From positions 1 to 38,208 of IMG/VR virus record IMGVR_UViG_3300014613_000052: a stretch of DNA of 38,208 nucleotides. The stretch is one strand, 5' to 3'. Positions 17,817 through 26,428 of this stretch are shown here, in pieces. This DNA comes from a virus (Duplodnaviria; Caudoviricetes). The position numbers and the translations under genes are program-made. The notes beneath the pieces are model-generated. The model was given only the letters and a program-made list of their open reading frames with translations, had not been told where the DNA came from and did not search any database. Each line of letters opens with the position of its first letter. Within the stretch, counting starts at the first letter, position 1.

Positions 17817-19315
17817 CAATCGCCCTCGGCCGCTTCGGTGGTCGCGCCGTGGCGGCCGACCAGGTCAGACACGAAGAACGCCTGTTGCAACAGCTTTTCC
17901 AGGCCACTGCTGTCCATCTTGGGATAGGCCTCGACCAGGGCTGCCATCACCTCGTCGGCCGAGCTGGCCCGCTCGATGGCGTTCAGGGCCGGCTGCAGCA
18001 TGGCCACCATGGCGGCCTGGATGTCGTCTGCAGGCAGGTTGCCCATGGCGTGATCGAGCGCGGCCTGGTCGGGCGGTGTGTCGCCCTCGGCCAGGCTCAG
18101 CCCTTCAACGCCATCGGCGCCGGCGGCCGGCTCGGGCTCCAGGTCGCCCTCCTGCAGGTTGTAGGTGCGCATCCAGTAGGCGCGGGTGAAGCGCACGCCA
18201 GACTCCTGCAGCGTCTTGTCGCGCTTGGCCTGGGTCTCGTTGATCTCTTCCTGCTGCCAGAACTCATAGGCCGGGGCTTGGCTGGATGGCCAGTTCACCT
18301 CCACGATCCAGCGGGCAAGCTGCGAGACGCCCTCGGCCACCATGTCGGCGTCAGCGTCGCGCAGGTCATCCTCAACACCCGACGCGGCCGTGGCCGACGC
18401 ACGGTTGCTCTGCAGCTCGGTGCTCTGGTTGTTGCCCAGCAGCGAGATGTTGATCTCCCGCGAGCAGTACATCAGCAGCTTCTCGAACATGTCGGCGCTG
18501 GCCGTCGACGTGGGCTGGATCAGTTCGACGCTGGCGTCGTCGGGAATCACGGCCACCGCATCGCGCACCATGCTTTCGAGCTTGTCGGCCAGGTCATCGG
18601 CATCCGTCTGGCTTGCGCTGCGGGGCTGTTTGCCGATGGCCCACGGCATGCCGTACTTCTCGGAGAAGGTCACCCAGAACTTCAGTCCCCCCTTGCGGAA
18701 GGCGACCGGCCAGAAGCAGCTGGCCAGGTCGGCCTCGCCGTAGGGGTTGGCATAGCTGCGCTCGTTGCCGACCAGGATGAACTTGCGGTCAGGCACCAGG
18801 GTGCCGTTGACGCTGCCCAGCTCACGCAGCACCAGGGCGTTGTCCTGGTCGAAGCCGAACCATTCAGCCGGCTTGGCCACGACATCGACGGGCACGACCA
18901 GGCCGCCCACACGGCCCCAGATCACCTCTGCCACCGAGTAGCCGTAGAGCGAGCCATCGACCAGCTCGCGCACCAGGCGCTTGATCGGCAGGTCTTCGAA
19001 GAGCGCCTGCAGGTTGCGCACGGTGCGCGCAGTCGCCATGGTCTGCCGGTCGAAGCCGTGCTCCATCGACACGACGGCCGCGCGGCGGCGCTTGGCGCCA
19101 GACTTGACCATGGTGTCTGACATCAGCTCCCGGTAGGTCTGGACCTGGCGGCCCAGCCGACGCAGAATCGGGTCAGGGTTCGGCAGCACGCCGAACATGC
19201 CAGACGTGTCACCCGCACGCAGCCGGGTGGCCATGTGGGTGGTCATGCTCTTGGAGTCGGTTTCTTCGGAAAACCGGACAAACTGGGTGGGAGACACCCA
19301 AATTCCTCGGCTCAT
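17816..19315 (-). CDS. Portal protein (Mu gp29/DUF935)
   Basis: 'FSEKYGMPWAIGK', 'NPYG' motifs; GGAGG SD before ATG 19315. Confidence 0.93.
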   Translation of the reverse strand: MSRGIWVSPTQFVRFSEETDSKSMTTHMATRLRAGDTSGMFGVLPNPDPILRRLGRQVQTYRELMSDTMVKSGAKRRRAAVVSMEHGFDRQTMATARTVRNLQALFEDLPIKRLVRELVDGSLYGYSVAEVIWGRVGGLVVPVDVVAKPAEWFGFDQDNALVLRELGSVNGTLVPDRKFILVGNERSYANPYGEADLASCFWPVAFRKGGLKFWVTFSEKYGMPWAIGKQPRSASQTDADDLADKLESMVRDAVAVIPDDASVELIQPTSTASADMFEKLLMYCSREINISLLGNNQSTELQSNRASATAASGVEDDLRDADADMVAEGVSQLARWIVEVNWPSSQAPAYEFWQQEEINETQAKRDKTLQESGVRFTRAYWMRTYNLQEGDLEPEPAAGADGVEGLSLAEGDTPPDQAALDHAMGNLPADDIQAAMVAMLQPALNAIERASSADEVMAALVEAYPKMDSSGLEKLLQQAFFVSDLVGRHGATTEAAEGD

Positions 19316-19339
19316 GGCGTTCCTCCACCGACCACCGAC

Positions 19340-19470
19340 CCACCAAAGCCCCGGGAATGGCATTGAAGGGCGTTGAAAAACGCCAAACGCGGCCGGGTGG
19401 CTACCGTGGGTGCGGCAGCGGCAAAAAATTGAACCTGCGCCGTTTTGGCGCGTTTCGGTTTTTGGGGGGC
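19340..19470. other. Candidate strong gyrase site (SGS-like) near genome centre
   Basis: Non-coding; two arms of ~10-bp phased A/T tracts around a GC-rich core; ~300 bp from midpoint 19104. Confidence 0.55.
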
Positions 19471-19489
19471 AGGGCGGTGGCCTGGCATG

Positions 19490-21046
19490 TCAGTACCCCG
19501 CCAGGCTCACACCCGACCGCATGGACCGGCTGGCGACATTCACCGGCCCACCGTCCTGGCGGCTTGCGTACCAGGCCAAGGCGCCCGCGATCGCGGTGTC
19601 GCCGTGACGTTTCTTTTTGGCTGCATCGGTGGTTCGCAGCTCAGGCACACGGGCAATGCCCTTGACCATCTTCACAGCGCGGTGGTCGTTCAGTACATCG
19701 GCATCTGCAGGCAGCTCAATGCCAACGTCCTCAAACGCAGCCTTGTAAGGCGGCATGTTCTGCATGTACCACTGCTCGCTCAGCATGACCTGCGTAACCC
19801 TGGTGGGCGAGTACTTCTGGGCGGCCTGCTCGGCGATCTGGAAGCCCAGGCCGCGTGCGTCGATGGCCGCGTGCCATGCACCAGGCAGACGGTCCAGGAT
19901 GAAATACAGAATCTGCTGTTGGGCATCGAATGGCATGCCACGCAGCTCAACGATGAAGGGCGCCTGGCGCTTGAGGTTCTGCAGCTCCACCAGCGGCACG
20001 AATGACGAAAGGTCGCTCACACGGCCGATGTCCCCACCAAGTGCACTGTTCAAGTGGCGTGGCAGGGCATCCAGCAGCGGCTTGAGGTGTTCATTGCACC
20101 AGTCGGCAATCTCGCTGCGGCGCTGGTGCTCTGGCAGGAAAGTCCACTCAGGCTTGCGCTCGATGCGCAGAACCGGCAGCGCAGGGCTCATGCAGCGCTC
20201 GATCAGGGCGCGACTCAGCCAGGTTCCGCTGCTGGACTTCGGAACGCAATCCAACTCTTCATCGGCGTCATCGCCGTAGAAGGCTCGGATGTCGGCAGCC
20301 CATTTGTCCTCGCCCTCTTGTGTCCACTCTTTGCCTGTCTTCAGGCAGATGCGCCTATACAAGCCATCTTCCAGTGCATCGTTGAACGTGGTGCGATGGA
20401 GCGAGTATGGCAACTTGCCTGAGCGGATGTCCTTGACAAGCTCGTTAAATGGGTTGTCGTCGCCGAAGTGCGTGGAGATGATGTGCACCCGGCCGCCCCA
20501 GATCAGCAGGGCCATGGCAGCCTTGAGCAAGGCTGCCAGGTTTTGGTGGAACGCAGCTTCGTCCAGGATGACGCGCCCTTGCTTGCCACGCAGGTTGCGT
20601 GGCTGAGAACTCAGTGCCGTGATCCGAAAGCCACTGGCAAAGCGGATGGAGAAGGCGAACACGCTCTTCTTTTCTTCGCCATCAACGAACACATCCTCGC
20701 TGACCTCAATGGCATCCGCCACGCTCTGAAAGTGAGTGGCCCACTGAGCTGCATCCAGGATGAACTCAATGGCCATGTCTTTCGTGTAGCCGATGTACCA
20801 GACGTCATCGCCGCCCGCTTCCCGGCTTGCGCCAGCCTCCAGCACTGCGTCACAGGACTCGGCCCAGCTCAAGCCGATCCGGCGACTTTTCTCATCGACC
20901 TTGACCTGTGACTTGTCAGCGATCCAGCGTTGCTGATAGGGCAGCAACACTGCCGGCGCTCGACGATCCCACTGGTAGTCGATTTCCTGCGCCAGCTTAC
21001 GCATCTCGGGCGTGATGATGCTGGAGGCCTGGTTGACGCTGCTCAT
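19490..21046 (-). CDS. terL: Terminase large subunit (Mu gp28-like)
   Basis: 'LLPYQQRW', Walker A 'KSRRIGLS', Walker B 'VILDEAAF', nuclease 'GGDIGR' and 'HGD'. Confidence 0.96.
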   Translation of the reverse strand: MSSVNQASSIITPEMRKLAQEIDYQWDRRAPAVLLPYQQRWIADKSQVKVDEKSRRIGLSWAESCDAVLEAGASREAGGDDVWYIGYTKDMAIEFILDAAQWATHFQSVADAIEVSEDVFVDGEEKKSVFAFSIRFASGFRITALSSQPRNLRGKQGRVILDEAAFHQNLAALLKAAMALLIWGGRVHIISTHFGDDNPFNELVKDIRSGKLPYSLHRTTFNDALEDGLYRRICLKTGKEWTQEGEDKWAADIRAFYGDDADEELDCVPKSSSGTWLSRALIERCMSPALPVLRIERKPEWTFLPEHQRRSEIADWCNEHLKPLLDALPRHLNSALGGDIGRVSDLSSFVPLVELQNLKRQAPFIVELRGMPFDAQQQILYFILDRLPGAWHAAIDARGLGFQIAEQAAQKYSPTRVTQVMLSEQWYMQNMPPYKAAFEDVGIELPADADVLNDHRAVKMVKGIARVPELRTTDAAKKKRHGDTAIAGALAWYASRQDGGPVNVASRSMRSGVSLAGY

Positions 21047-21603
21047 GCTGCGGCCTTCGGCGCTTCGCCAATGCCCAGGATGCGACTGCGGATCAGATCG
21101 ATCGTTTCTGCCGACATGCCGGCCTGGCGGCTGGTCTTGGTGACCTCCTCGGCAACCTTGGCCACCTGCGCTGCGACCAGCTTGCGCACGGCCGCCTCGC
21201 GGTCCACCACGATCTTGTCGGCCTGGGCGATGCTCTTGATCGCGTTGCCGAGCATCATCAGACCCATGGGGTCAACCTGGTCGGTTTCGCTCAGCGTCTT
21301 GAACGAGATGACGCGCAGCATCTCGATCAGCAGGCGCCCAACGTCACCGTCAGGCTCGCTGCCGATCTTGTCCACCCAAACCTTGGCGATCTCCTGCGCC
21401 TCGCGGTACTTGGCCAATTGGACGTTCTGGCTGCGCACGTACCGACCGACGGCCGACCGCGATGCATCGCCGCCCATGGACTGGATCATGGCCACGATCT
21501 CGTCGATGGTGGCTCGCCCGTCCTTGATGGCCGAGTTGACCTCGGTCTGGATGCGGGGGTCGAGCAGGTCGATGCTGCTCTTGCGCTGGCGTGCGGTTGC
21601 CAT
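21043..21603 (-). CDS. Terminase small subunit candidate (Mu gp27/DUF3486)
   Basis: 'RKSSIDLL', 'SRSAVGRY', C-terminal 'IRSRILGI'; precedes terL. Confidence 0.87.
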   Translation of the reverse strand: MATARQRKSSIDLLDPRIQTEVNSAIKDGRATIDEIVAMIQSMGGDASRSAVGRYVRSQNVQLAKYREAQEIAKVWVDKIGSEPDGDVGRLLIEMLRVISFKTLSETDQVDPMGLMMLGNAIKSIAQADKIVVDREAAVRKLVAAQVAKVAEEVTKTSRQAGMSAETIDLIRSRILGIGEAPKAAA

Positions 21604-21610
21604 GGCCAGA

Positions 21611-21901
21611 TCAGGGCAGCGGGCGCTTGACGCCCGGTTGCACAGCGCGGCCGGCAGCCACGTCGACGCCTCGGTGGGTCAGCGTGGCCACGGTCACGTC
21701 GCCGGTCTGCTTGGTGCTGACCAGGCCCTGCTCTGCCAGCCAGGCCAGATCCGTCTGCAGGGCGTCCTGCGACACGTTGTGGCCGTAGATGCTCCCGATC
21801 GCGGTTTGCACCAGGAATGCATTGGCCGCATAGGACGGCGACTCGCTGAGCACCAAGAGGATGCTCAGCCGGCGGTCTTCGGTAAAGATGGAGGTGTTCA
21901 T
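21611..21901 (-). CDS. Mu gp26-like winged-helix protein
   Basis: 'EDRRLSIL..L', 'LAWLAEQGLV', 'RGVDVAAG...PGVKRP'. Confidence 0.87.
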   Translation of the reverse strand: MNTSIFTEDRRLSILLVLSESPSYAANAFLVQTAIGSIYGHNVSQDALQTDLAWLAEQGLVSTKQTGDVTVATLTHRGVDVAAGRAVQPGVKRPLP

Positions 21902-22251
21902 TTGGCGCGGGACAGCAGTTGTTCCAGGATCAGCGTCTGTTGATGCTCGACGCGACGCAGCAGCGAGGCCTGGCCCTCGACGACCGCCTTGACGGTCTGA
22001 ACGTCACCGGCCAGCTGCGCCAGCTCTTCATCTGTCGGGATGTGCTTCATGCGTTCCTCCACCGACTGGAGGCGGATGGACAGGCCCTTGAGGTCGTCGT
22101 CGACCCGGTCGCTCAGCAGATTGATCTGTGCCTTGGCTTCCTCGCCCGGCTTGCGCAGCCAAACCACGCCGGTGTTGATCGTGGTCAGGATCAACACCAG
22201 CACCTCCAGCCACAGGCGGCCGTCAGTGAAGTCGATTTCAGACAGCATCAT
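21898..22251 (-). CDS. Membrane-anchored coiled-coil protein (Mu gp25/DUF2730-like)
   Basis: One TM segment then coiled coil 'ERMKHIPT.EEL'; start reassigned to ATG 22251. Confidence 0.78.
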   Translation of the reverse strand: MMLSEIDFTDGRLWLEVLVLILTTINTGVVWLRKPGEEAKAQINLLSDRVDDDLKGLSIRLQSVEERMKHIPTDEELAQLAGDVQTVKAVVEGQASLLRRVEHQQTLILEQLLSRAK

Positions 22252-22255
22252 GGGT

Positions 22256-24004
22256 TCACAGGGTTGCGGTGGGGGCGAAAGCGGCCTGCATGCGAGTGGC
22301 GATCGAACGGGCTTCGCCACGGTGGCCACGCTTGGTCGGGTGCGTGCCGTCCGGGCCGTTGTCGGTGCCTGCGTTGCCGGTTGCCAGGCTGCAGATCGAG
22401 ACCGTGACCGTGCCGTTGTCGGTGATGGCGCCACCTGCAGCCCAGTTCAGTGCTTGCCCTGCGGTGCCGGCCACGACCGCGACCGTGCGCTGCACACCGG
22501 ATGGGAAGGTGACAACGTAGTTACCAGCCGGGAAGGGCCATGAATCGACGAGCGTGCCGGTCGTGGTCGTGGCGACGTTGATGGCTGCCTGGCAGCCCAC
22601 GCCGGACACCAGGCCAGGGCCCGCCAGCTCGATGGGCTCACCAGCCGTGTGCGCAAAGGTCAGCGCATCGAAGGTCAGCACACGAGCGGTGGTGCAACCC
22701 GTGATCAACCGGACTTCGGCGGTGTCACCGTTGCCGATCTTGATGTACCAGCCGTTTCGAGCTGCTGCGACGCTGCCCAAAGCGATGATGGTCTCGATCG
22801 TCGGCGGCACGGTGGCCAGGGTCATGGTGGTGGCGCCCGCTGCCAGGTCAACCGGAACGGTCTGGGTCCAGGCGCCGAGGTAGTCACCGGGCGGCGCGGA
22901 AACCAGGTCGATGAACGGCGTGCCAGGCCGGGTCTCGGACACCGCCTTGATGGCATCGCGGATGGCGAACAGCCGCGACTTGGAGGTCTGCAGCACAGAC
23001 ACAGGCCAGAAAGGAGACGTGAAGAACATGTCCATGTCCGGGTCGTAGGCCATCGCGATGTCCAGCGCGGCCTGGGCGCCAGCGGAGACCTGCGCTGCTG
23101 TGGCGGTACCAGAGACGTCGTTGCCACCATGCACGAACCCGATGATGTCGCCCTTGCCCCACGCCTGCAGGTCCTGCAGCAGGTGAGTGCTGACGCGCGG
23201 ATTGCTCACGGGCTGAGTCGGGCTGTCGGTCGCGTAGTCGGCCGCACCCACGCTGCAGCAAGCGATGTCCCAGCCGGTCAGGTACATCAGCAGGGTGGCG
23301 AAGTTGTCCCCGGCCGGGAAGCTCACGCCCTTGTCCGAGATCGTGCTGCCGAAGGAGTTGACCGACAGGAAGGACCGAACACGCGGCGTGCGGGTTGCAC
23401 GCACAGCGCCCAGACCGTCCACCGTGACACCTCGGAATGAGAAGTTCGAGGTGCACTCGATGCGGATGGTGTACACGCCAGGTGCCCCCATGGTCACCAA
23501 GCCCTTGTAGACGTCCGCGTTGCCACCCGTGGCGGTCGTCGCAAAAGTCGCGCCGTTGGTCACGTACTCCCAGGCCCCGCTTGCCGTCTGGATCAGCACG
23601 CGACAGGCGTCGTTGCCTGCGACCAAGCCAGTGCCGTGAAAATCGATTTCAAAGCGGCCAGTGGCATCCGTGATGGTCAGCTCCGCTTCGGCGATCGTGG
23701 TGCCCTTCGCGCCAGTCGTCGGCCAAACGCCCATCTCGGCGTAGTTGTTGCCCCGGGTCCGCTTCCAGGGCGCGCCCAGCATGGTGAACGCGCCAGGCTC
23801 CCAAGGTGAGATCGTCTTCGGGCTGGTCAGCACCGATGCCGGTTGCGTGTTGGTTCCTGCGCTGACGGTCTGGCTGGTGACCGGCGGGGCAGCCATCAAA
23901 CGCGGCATCGTGAGCGGCCACATCGATGAGGCCAGCTCGCGGAAGGCTTGCTTGAAGGCTTGGGTGTTGATGGTCTCGCGGGAGAATTGACCGATGCGGG
24001 GCAT
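22256..24004 (-). CDS. Large SGNH/GDSL-like esterase-domain protein
   Basis: Block I 'SVNSFG', block III 'GGND', block V 'DGTHP'; GAGG SD; Thr/Gly-rich beta regions. Confidence 0.75.
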   Translation of the reverse strand: MPRIGQFSRETINTQAFKQAFRELASSMWPLTMPRLMAAPPVTSQTVSAGTNTQPASVLTSPKTISPWEPGAFTMLGAPWKRTRGNNYAEMGVWPTTGAKGTTIAEAELTITDATGRFEIDFHGTGLVAGNDACRVLIQTASGAWEYVTNGATFATTATGGNADVYKGLVTMGAPGVYTIRIECTSNFSFRGVTVDGLGAVRATRTPRVRSFLSVNSFGSTISDKGVSFPAGDNFATLLMYLTGWDIACCSVGAADYATDSPTQPVSNPRVSTHLLQDLQAWGKGDIIGFVHGGNDVSGTATAAQVSAGAQAALDIAMAYDPDMDMFFTSPFWPVSVLQTSKSRLFAIRDAIKAVSETRPGTPFIDLVSAPPGDYLGAWTQTVPVDLAAGATTMTLATVPPTIETIIALGSVAAARNGWYIKIGNGDTAEVRLITGCTTARVLTFDALTFAHTAGEPIELAGPGLVSGVGCQAAINVATTTTGTLVDSWPFPAGNYVVTFPSGVQRTVAVVAGTAGQALNWAAGGAITDNGTVTVSICSLATGNAGTDNGPDGTHPTKRGHRGEARSIATRMQAAFAPTATL

Positions 24005-24013
24005 GTGGACCTC

Positions 24014-24631
24014 TCAGTTGGTTGGGCGGGTTTTGATGAAATCCACCAGGCGCTGCAGGCGGATGTGACATTCGCCGTGGCTCTTGGCGTTGCGGGTCGA
24101 GCTGTCGATGAACCGATCAACGGTCACGGCTGAGGGCTGCTCGCAGCCGGCTCCAGCAGCTCCGGCGCCGTCGGCATCACCAGCAGCTCCGCAGGCACTG
24201 GCGGACAGCTGCTGATTCGCACCACCGATGGCGGCGTCGTACAGGCGGACAGCGCCAACAGACAGCAGAGCAGCGCCAGGCGCAGGGCAGGCCGGTGAAG
24301 AGATGAGCGTGGGGGCATGCTTGGCCTCGCGTTCCAGGTTGGTGATGCGGCGGTCGCGTTGCGCTAGTTGTGTGCGCAGCTGGCCAGCGGCCTGGTCGCC
24401 CTGACGCACCGCCTCGCGGTACTGCTCCTGGGCGGCCTCGACGTCTTTGGCTTTCGCCGTGGTCTGTGCCTGGCGCTCGGCGGCAACGGCGGCCGGAACG
24501 CCAGCGCTACCCACCGAGTAGCCCCAGGCCCAGGACAGGCCGCAGCTCACGACCAGGGCTCCCACAACGGCCACCACGGTCCAAGGGTTGCGGCGTGCCG
24601 CCTGCGACAAGGCCAGGGCGGTGGCGATCAC
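24014..24631 (-). CDS. i-spanin (Rz-like)
   Basis: GTG overlapping holin stop; N-terminal TM then coiled coil; follows holin. Confidence 0.8.
   Translation of the reverse strand: MIATALALSQAARRNPWTVVAVVGALVVSCGLSWAWGYSVGSAGVPAAVAAERQAQTTAKAKDVEAAQEQYREAVRQGDQAAGQLRTQLAQRDRRITNLEREAKHAPTLISSPACPAPGAALLSVGAVRLYDAAIGGANQQLSASACGAAGDADGAGAAGAGCEQPSAVTVDRFIDSSTRNAKSHGECHIRLQRLVDFIKTRPTN
24124..24318 (-). CDS. Embedded o-spanin lipoprotein (Rz1-like)
   Basis: Signal peptide with lipobox LSAC, Pro-rich mature part, nested in another frame of the Rz-like gene. Confidence 0.75.
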   Translation of the reverse strand: MPPRSSLHRPALRLALLCCLLALSACTTPPSVVRISSCPPVPAELLVMPTAPELLEPAASSPQP

Positions 24632-24867
24632 AGGCGCACCCCCAGCTTGGTCAGGAAGCGCAGGAAGATGTTGATGGGCGGCAGCAGGAAGCAAAGCCAG
24701 GCATAGACGGAGCCGGGCAGGTGGCCCTGCAGCGCTTGGATGTTGTCCGCAAACGCGGCAACGATCAGGGCGGCCAGGTTGATCAAGATGATCTTGCTGC
24801 GCCACCACGGCTTGTCCGCTGGCATGGTGGCCAGCTCGCGCTCGATGTTGTCGTCGAACGCCATCAC
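24628..24867 (-). CDS. Holin candidate (2 TM)
   Basis: 79 aa, 'KPWWRSK' then two hydrophobic helices, between endolysin and spanins. Confidence 0.78.
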   Translation of the reverse strand: MMAFDDNIERELATMPADKPWWRSKIILINLAALIVAAFADNIQALQGHLPGSVYAWLCFLLPPINIFLRFLTKLGVRL

Positions 24868-25403
24868 ACCAGCCCCGGCAGATAGCTGGGCTTCTTACCC
24901 TGCTTGAAGACGGCTGTCAGCACCTGGCGGCGCGGCTTCTCGCCAACGCGTGCGATGGCGTAGTGCACCCAGGTGCCCTCGAAGATGACCTGGTCGAATT
25001 GCAAAGGGCTTTCAACCAGGCGGCGCACGATGTCGCGCGGCGAGCCGAAGCGCGGCGCGGTGAAGTCCATCGCGCGGCCATCCTTGTGCGCGCTGGTCGA
25101 TGAACGCAGCCGCGACATCAAGTCGGGTCGGATGTCGAGCAGCGAGAGGTCCTTGGCCTCGATCAGGTTGGTGACCAGGCCGTTGACGATAAGGGTGCGC
25201 AGGCCGGAGCTGATCAGGATGGGCGCATTGCCCAGCAGCTTGCGGATGTCCTCGCCATGCATGGCCAGGCGCTTGAGGTTCTCCACCTCAACGCCCATGG
25301 CCTCGTTGCGCAGCCCGTGCCGCGTCGCGGTCTGGCTGGCCTCGAACTCGCTCAGCCAGAAGTGCGGGCTGAGTTGGATGTCAGTGCGGGTGGGGGAAAT
25401 CAT
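24864..25403 (-). CDS. Endolysin, peptidase M15 family
   Basis: 'LSPHFWLSEF', 'ISSGLR', 'SAH..GRAMDF', 'WVH'; start set at ATG 25403 from promoter geometry. Confidence 0.9.
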   Translation of the reverse strand: MISPTRTDIQLSPHFWLSEFEASQTATRHGLRNEAMGVEVENLKRLAMHGEDIRKLLGNAPILISSGLRTLIVNGLVTNLIEAKDLSLLDIRPDLMSRLRSSTSAHKDGRAMDFTAPRFGSPRDIVRRLVESPLQFDQVIFEGTWVHYAIARVGEKPRRQVLTAVFKQGKKPSYLPGLV

Positions 25404-25437
25404 GCCCGCCAGTCTGGCGAGCATGACCCATATCAGG

Positions 25438-25458
25438 CAGGCTGAAGCGCTTCAGCAG
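25438..25458 (-). promoter_or_regulatory. Late promoter activator site upstream of lysis operon (P_lys-like)
   Basis: Identical 21-mer to 15163-15183. Confidence 0.8.
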
Positions 25459-25469
25459 CAAGCCTGAGT

Positions 25470-26009
25470 TCAGCCGTCGTTGACAGGGGTCAGCACGACG
25501 CCGCGCTGCTGATCGAGCCAAACCGAGTGCTTGCGACCACCCTTGTCGCGACCGTATTGAGTCAGCTTTCCCTTCACTGCATCATCAAGCGCGAGCATGG
25601 CCACAGCGTCCGAGTTAAGTCGGACACGCTGGATGTTCATGGTCGATGGGGGGACGCCGGGCATGTCCATGATGATCATGATCTTGGCCACCTCGCACGG
25701 ATAGGAGCACTCGATTGCGGTGAGCACGGATCCCTGGCTCACATGCAGTTGGTATCGACCGTCCTTTTGCCCCGCGTACTTGATCATGGTGACCTGGTTG
25801 GCCGCTAGACCAGCTCGGGCGTTGTCCTCCGTTGGCGCCATGGTGTACCCGTATTCATGCCCCTCCTGGAAGTCGTAGTTGTGGGCTCGGACAACCGGCA
25901 CAGGCGCAGTTTCTGCAACCGCGTTGGCTTGTGGCTGCGGGTCTTGCTTTTCACCCGAGCAACCAGCGAGCAGGCAAAGCACCACCCCAGCAATAAGCGT
26001 TGATTTCAT
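25470..26009 (-). CDS. Lipoprotein, probably lysogen-expressed accessory gene
   Basis: Signal peptide with lipobox LAGC; co-oriented downstream of repressor. Confidence 0.85.
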   Translation of the reverse strand: MKSTLIAGVVLCLLAGCSGEKQDPQPQANAVAETAPVPVVRAHNYDFQEGHEYGYTMAPTEDNARAGLAANQVTMIKYAGQKDGRYQLHVSQGSVLTAIECSYPCEVAKIMIIMDMPGVPPSTMNIQRVRLNSDAVAMLALDDAVKGKLTQYGRDKGGRKHSVWLDQQRGVVLTPVNDG

Positions 26010-26013
26010 AGAA

Positions 26014-26388
26014 CTACTCCCTTATTCCTTCCAAGATCTTTCCCGCCATCACCAGGCAACCGATACCAAGCATGAAGGTTGCCGTTTGATGGCCTGGCCA
26101 CGGCGACAGAACGGAGCTGATAGCCACTAGCCCCAGGCCTGCGGCAGTCAAAACTCCTACGCGCTTCTTCAGGGTTTGATTCCTGCGCGCAAGTGCCATC
26201 TGTTGATCAAACGCCGAGAGGTCCAGATGACAGTGCATGCAGTACTGCGTGTAACGCCACGTCTTTTTTCTGCATTGCGGGCAGTTTCTGGAAACCTCCG
26301 GATCGGTCGGCAAATGCATGGCTGGCGCATGGTTGATGACCGAGCCGTTGACTACCTGTCCGACATTCCCCCTGAAATCTTGTTGCAC
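26014..26388 (-). CDS. Zn-ribbon, 2-TM membrane protein with N-terminal RHIM-like motif
   Basis: GGAGG SD and GTG start; CPQC...CMHC; two C-terminal hydrophobic helices. Confidence 0.85.
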   Translation of the reverse strand: MQQDFRGNVGQVVNGSVINHAPAMHLPTDPEVSRNCPQCRKKTWRYTQYCMHCHLDLSAFDQQMALARRNQTLKKRVGVLTAAGLGLVAISSVLSPWPGHQTATFMLGIGCLVMAGKILEGIRE

Positions 26389-26428
26389 GAAACCTCCAGT
26401 GCACGTTGATCAAACGAATGGTTGGTTC

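Noticed and set aside
24014-24318. Nested ORF in the spanin gene as a novelty
   Set aside because: The embedded Rz/Rz1 arrangement is well known; annotated as a feature only.
26202-26416. 12-bp repeat GTTGATCAAACG at 26202 and 26405
   Set aside because: One copy is inside a CDS and there is no supporting context; probably chance.
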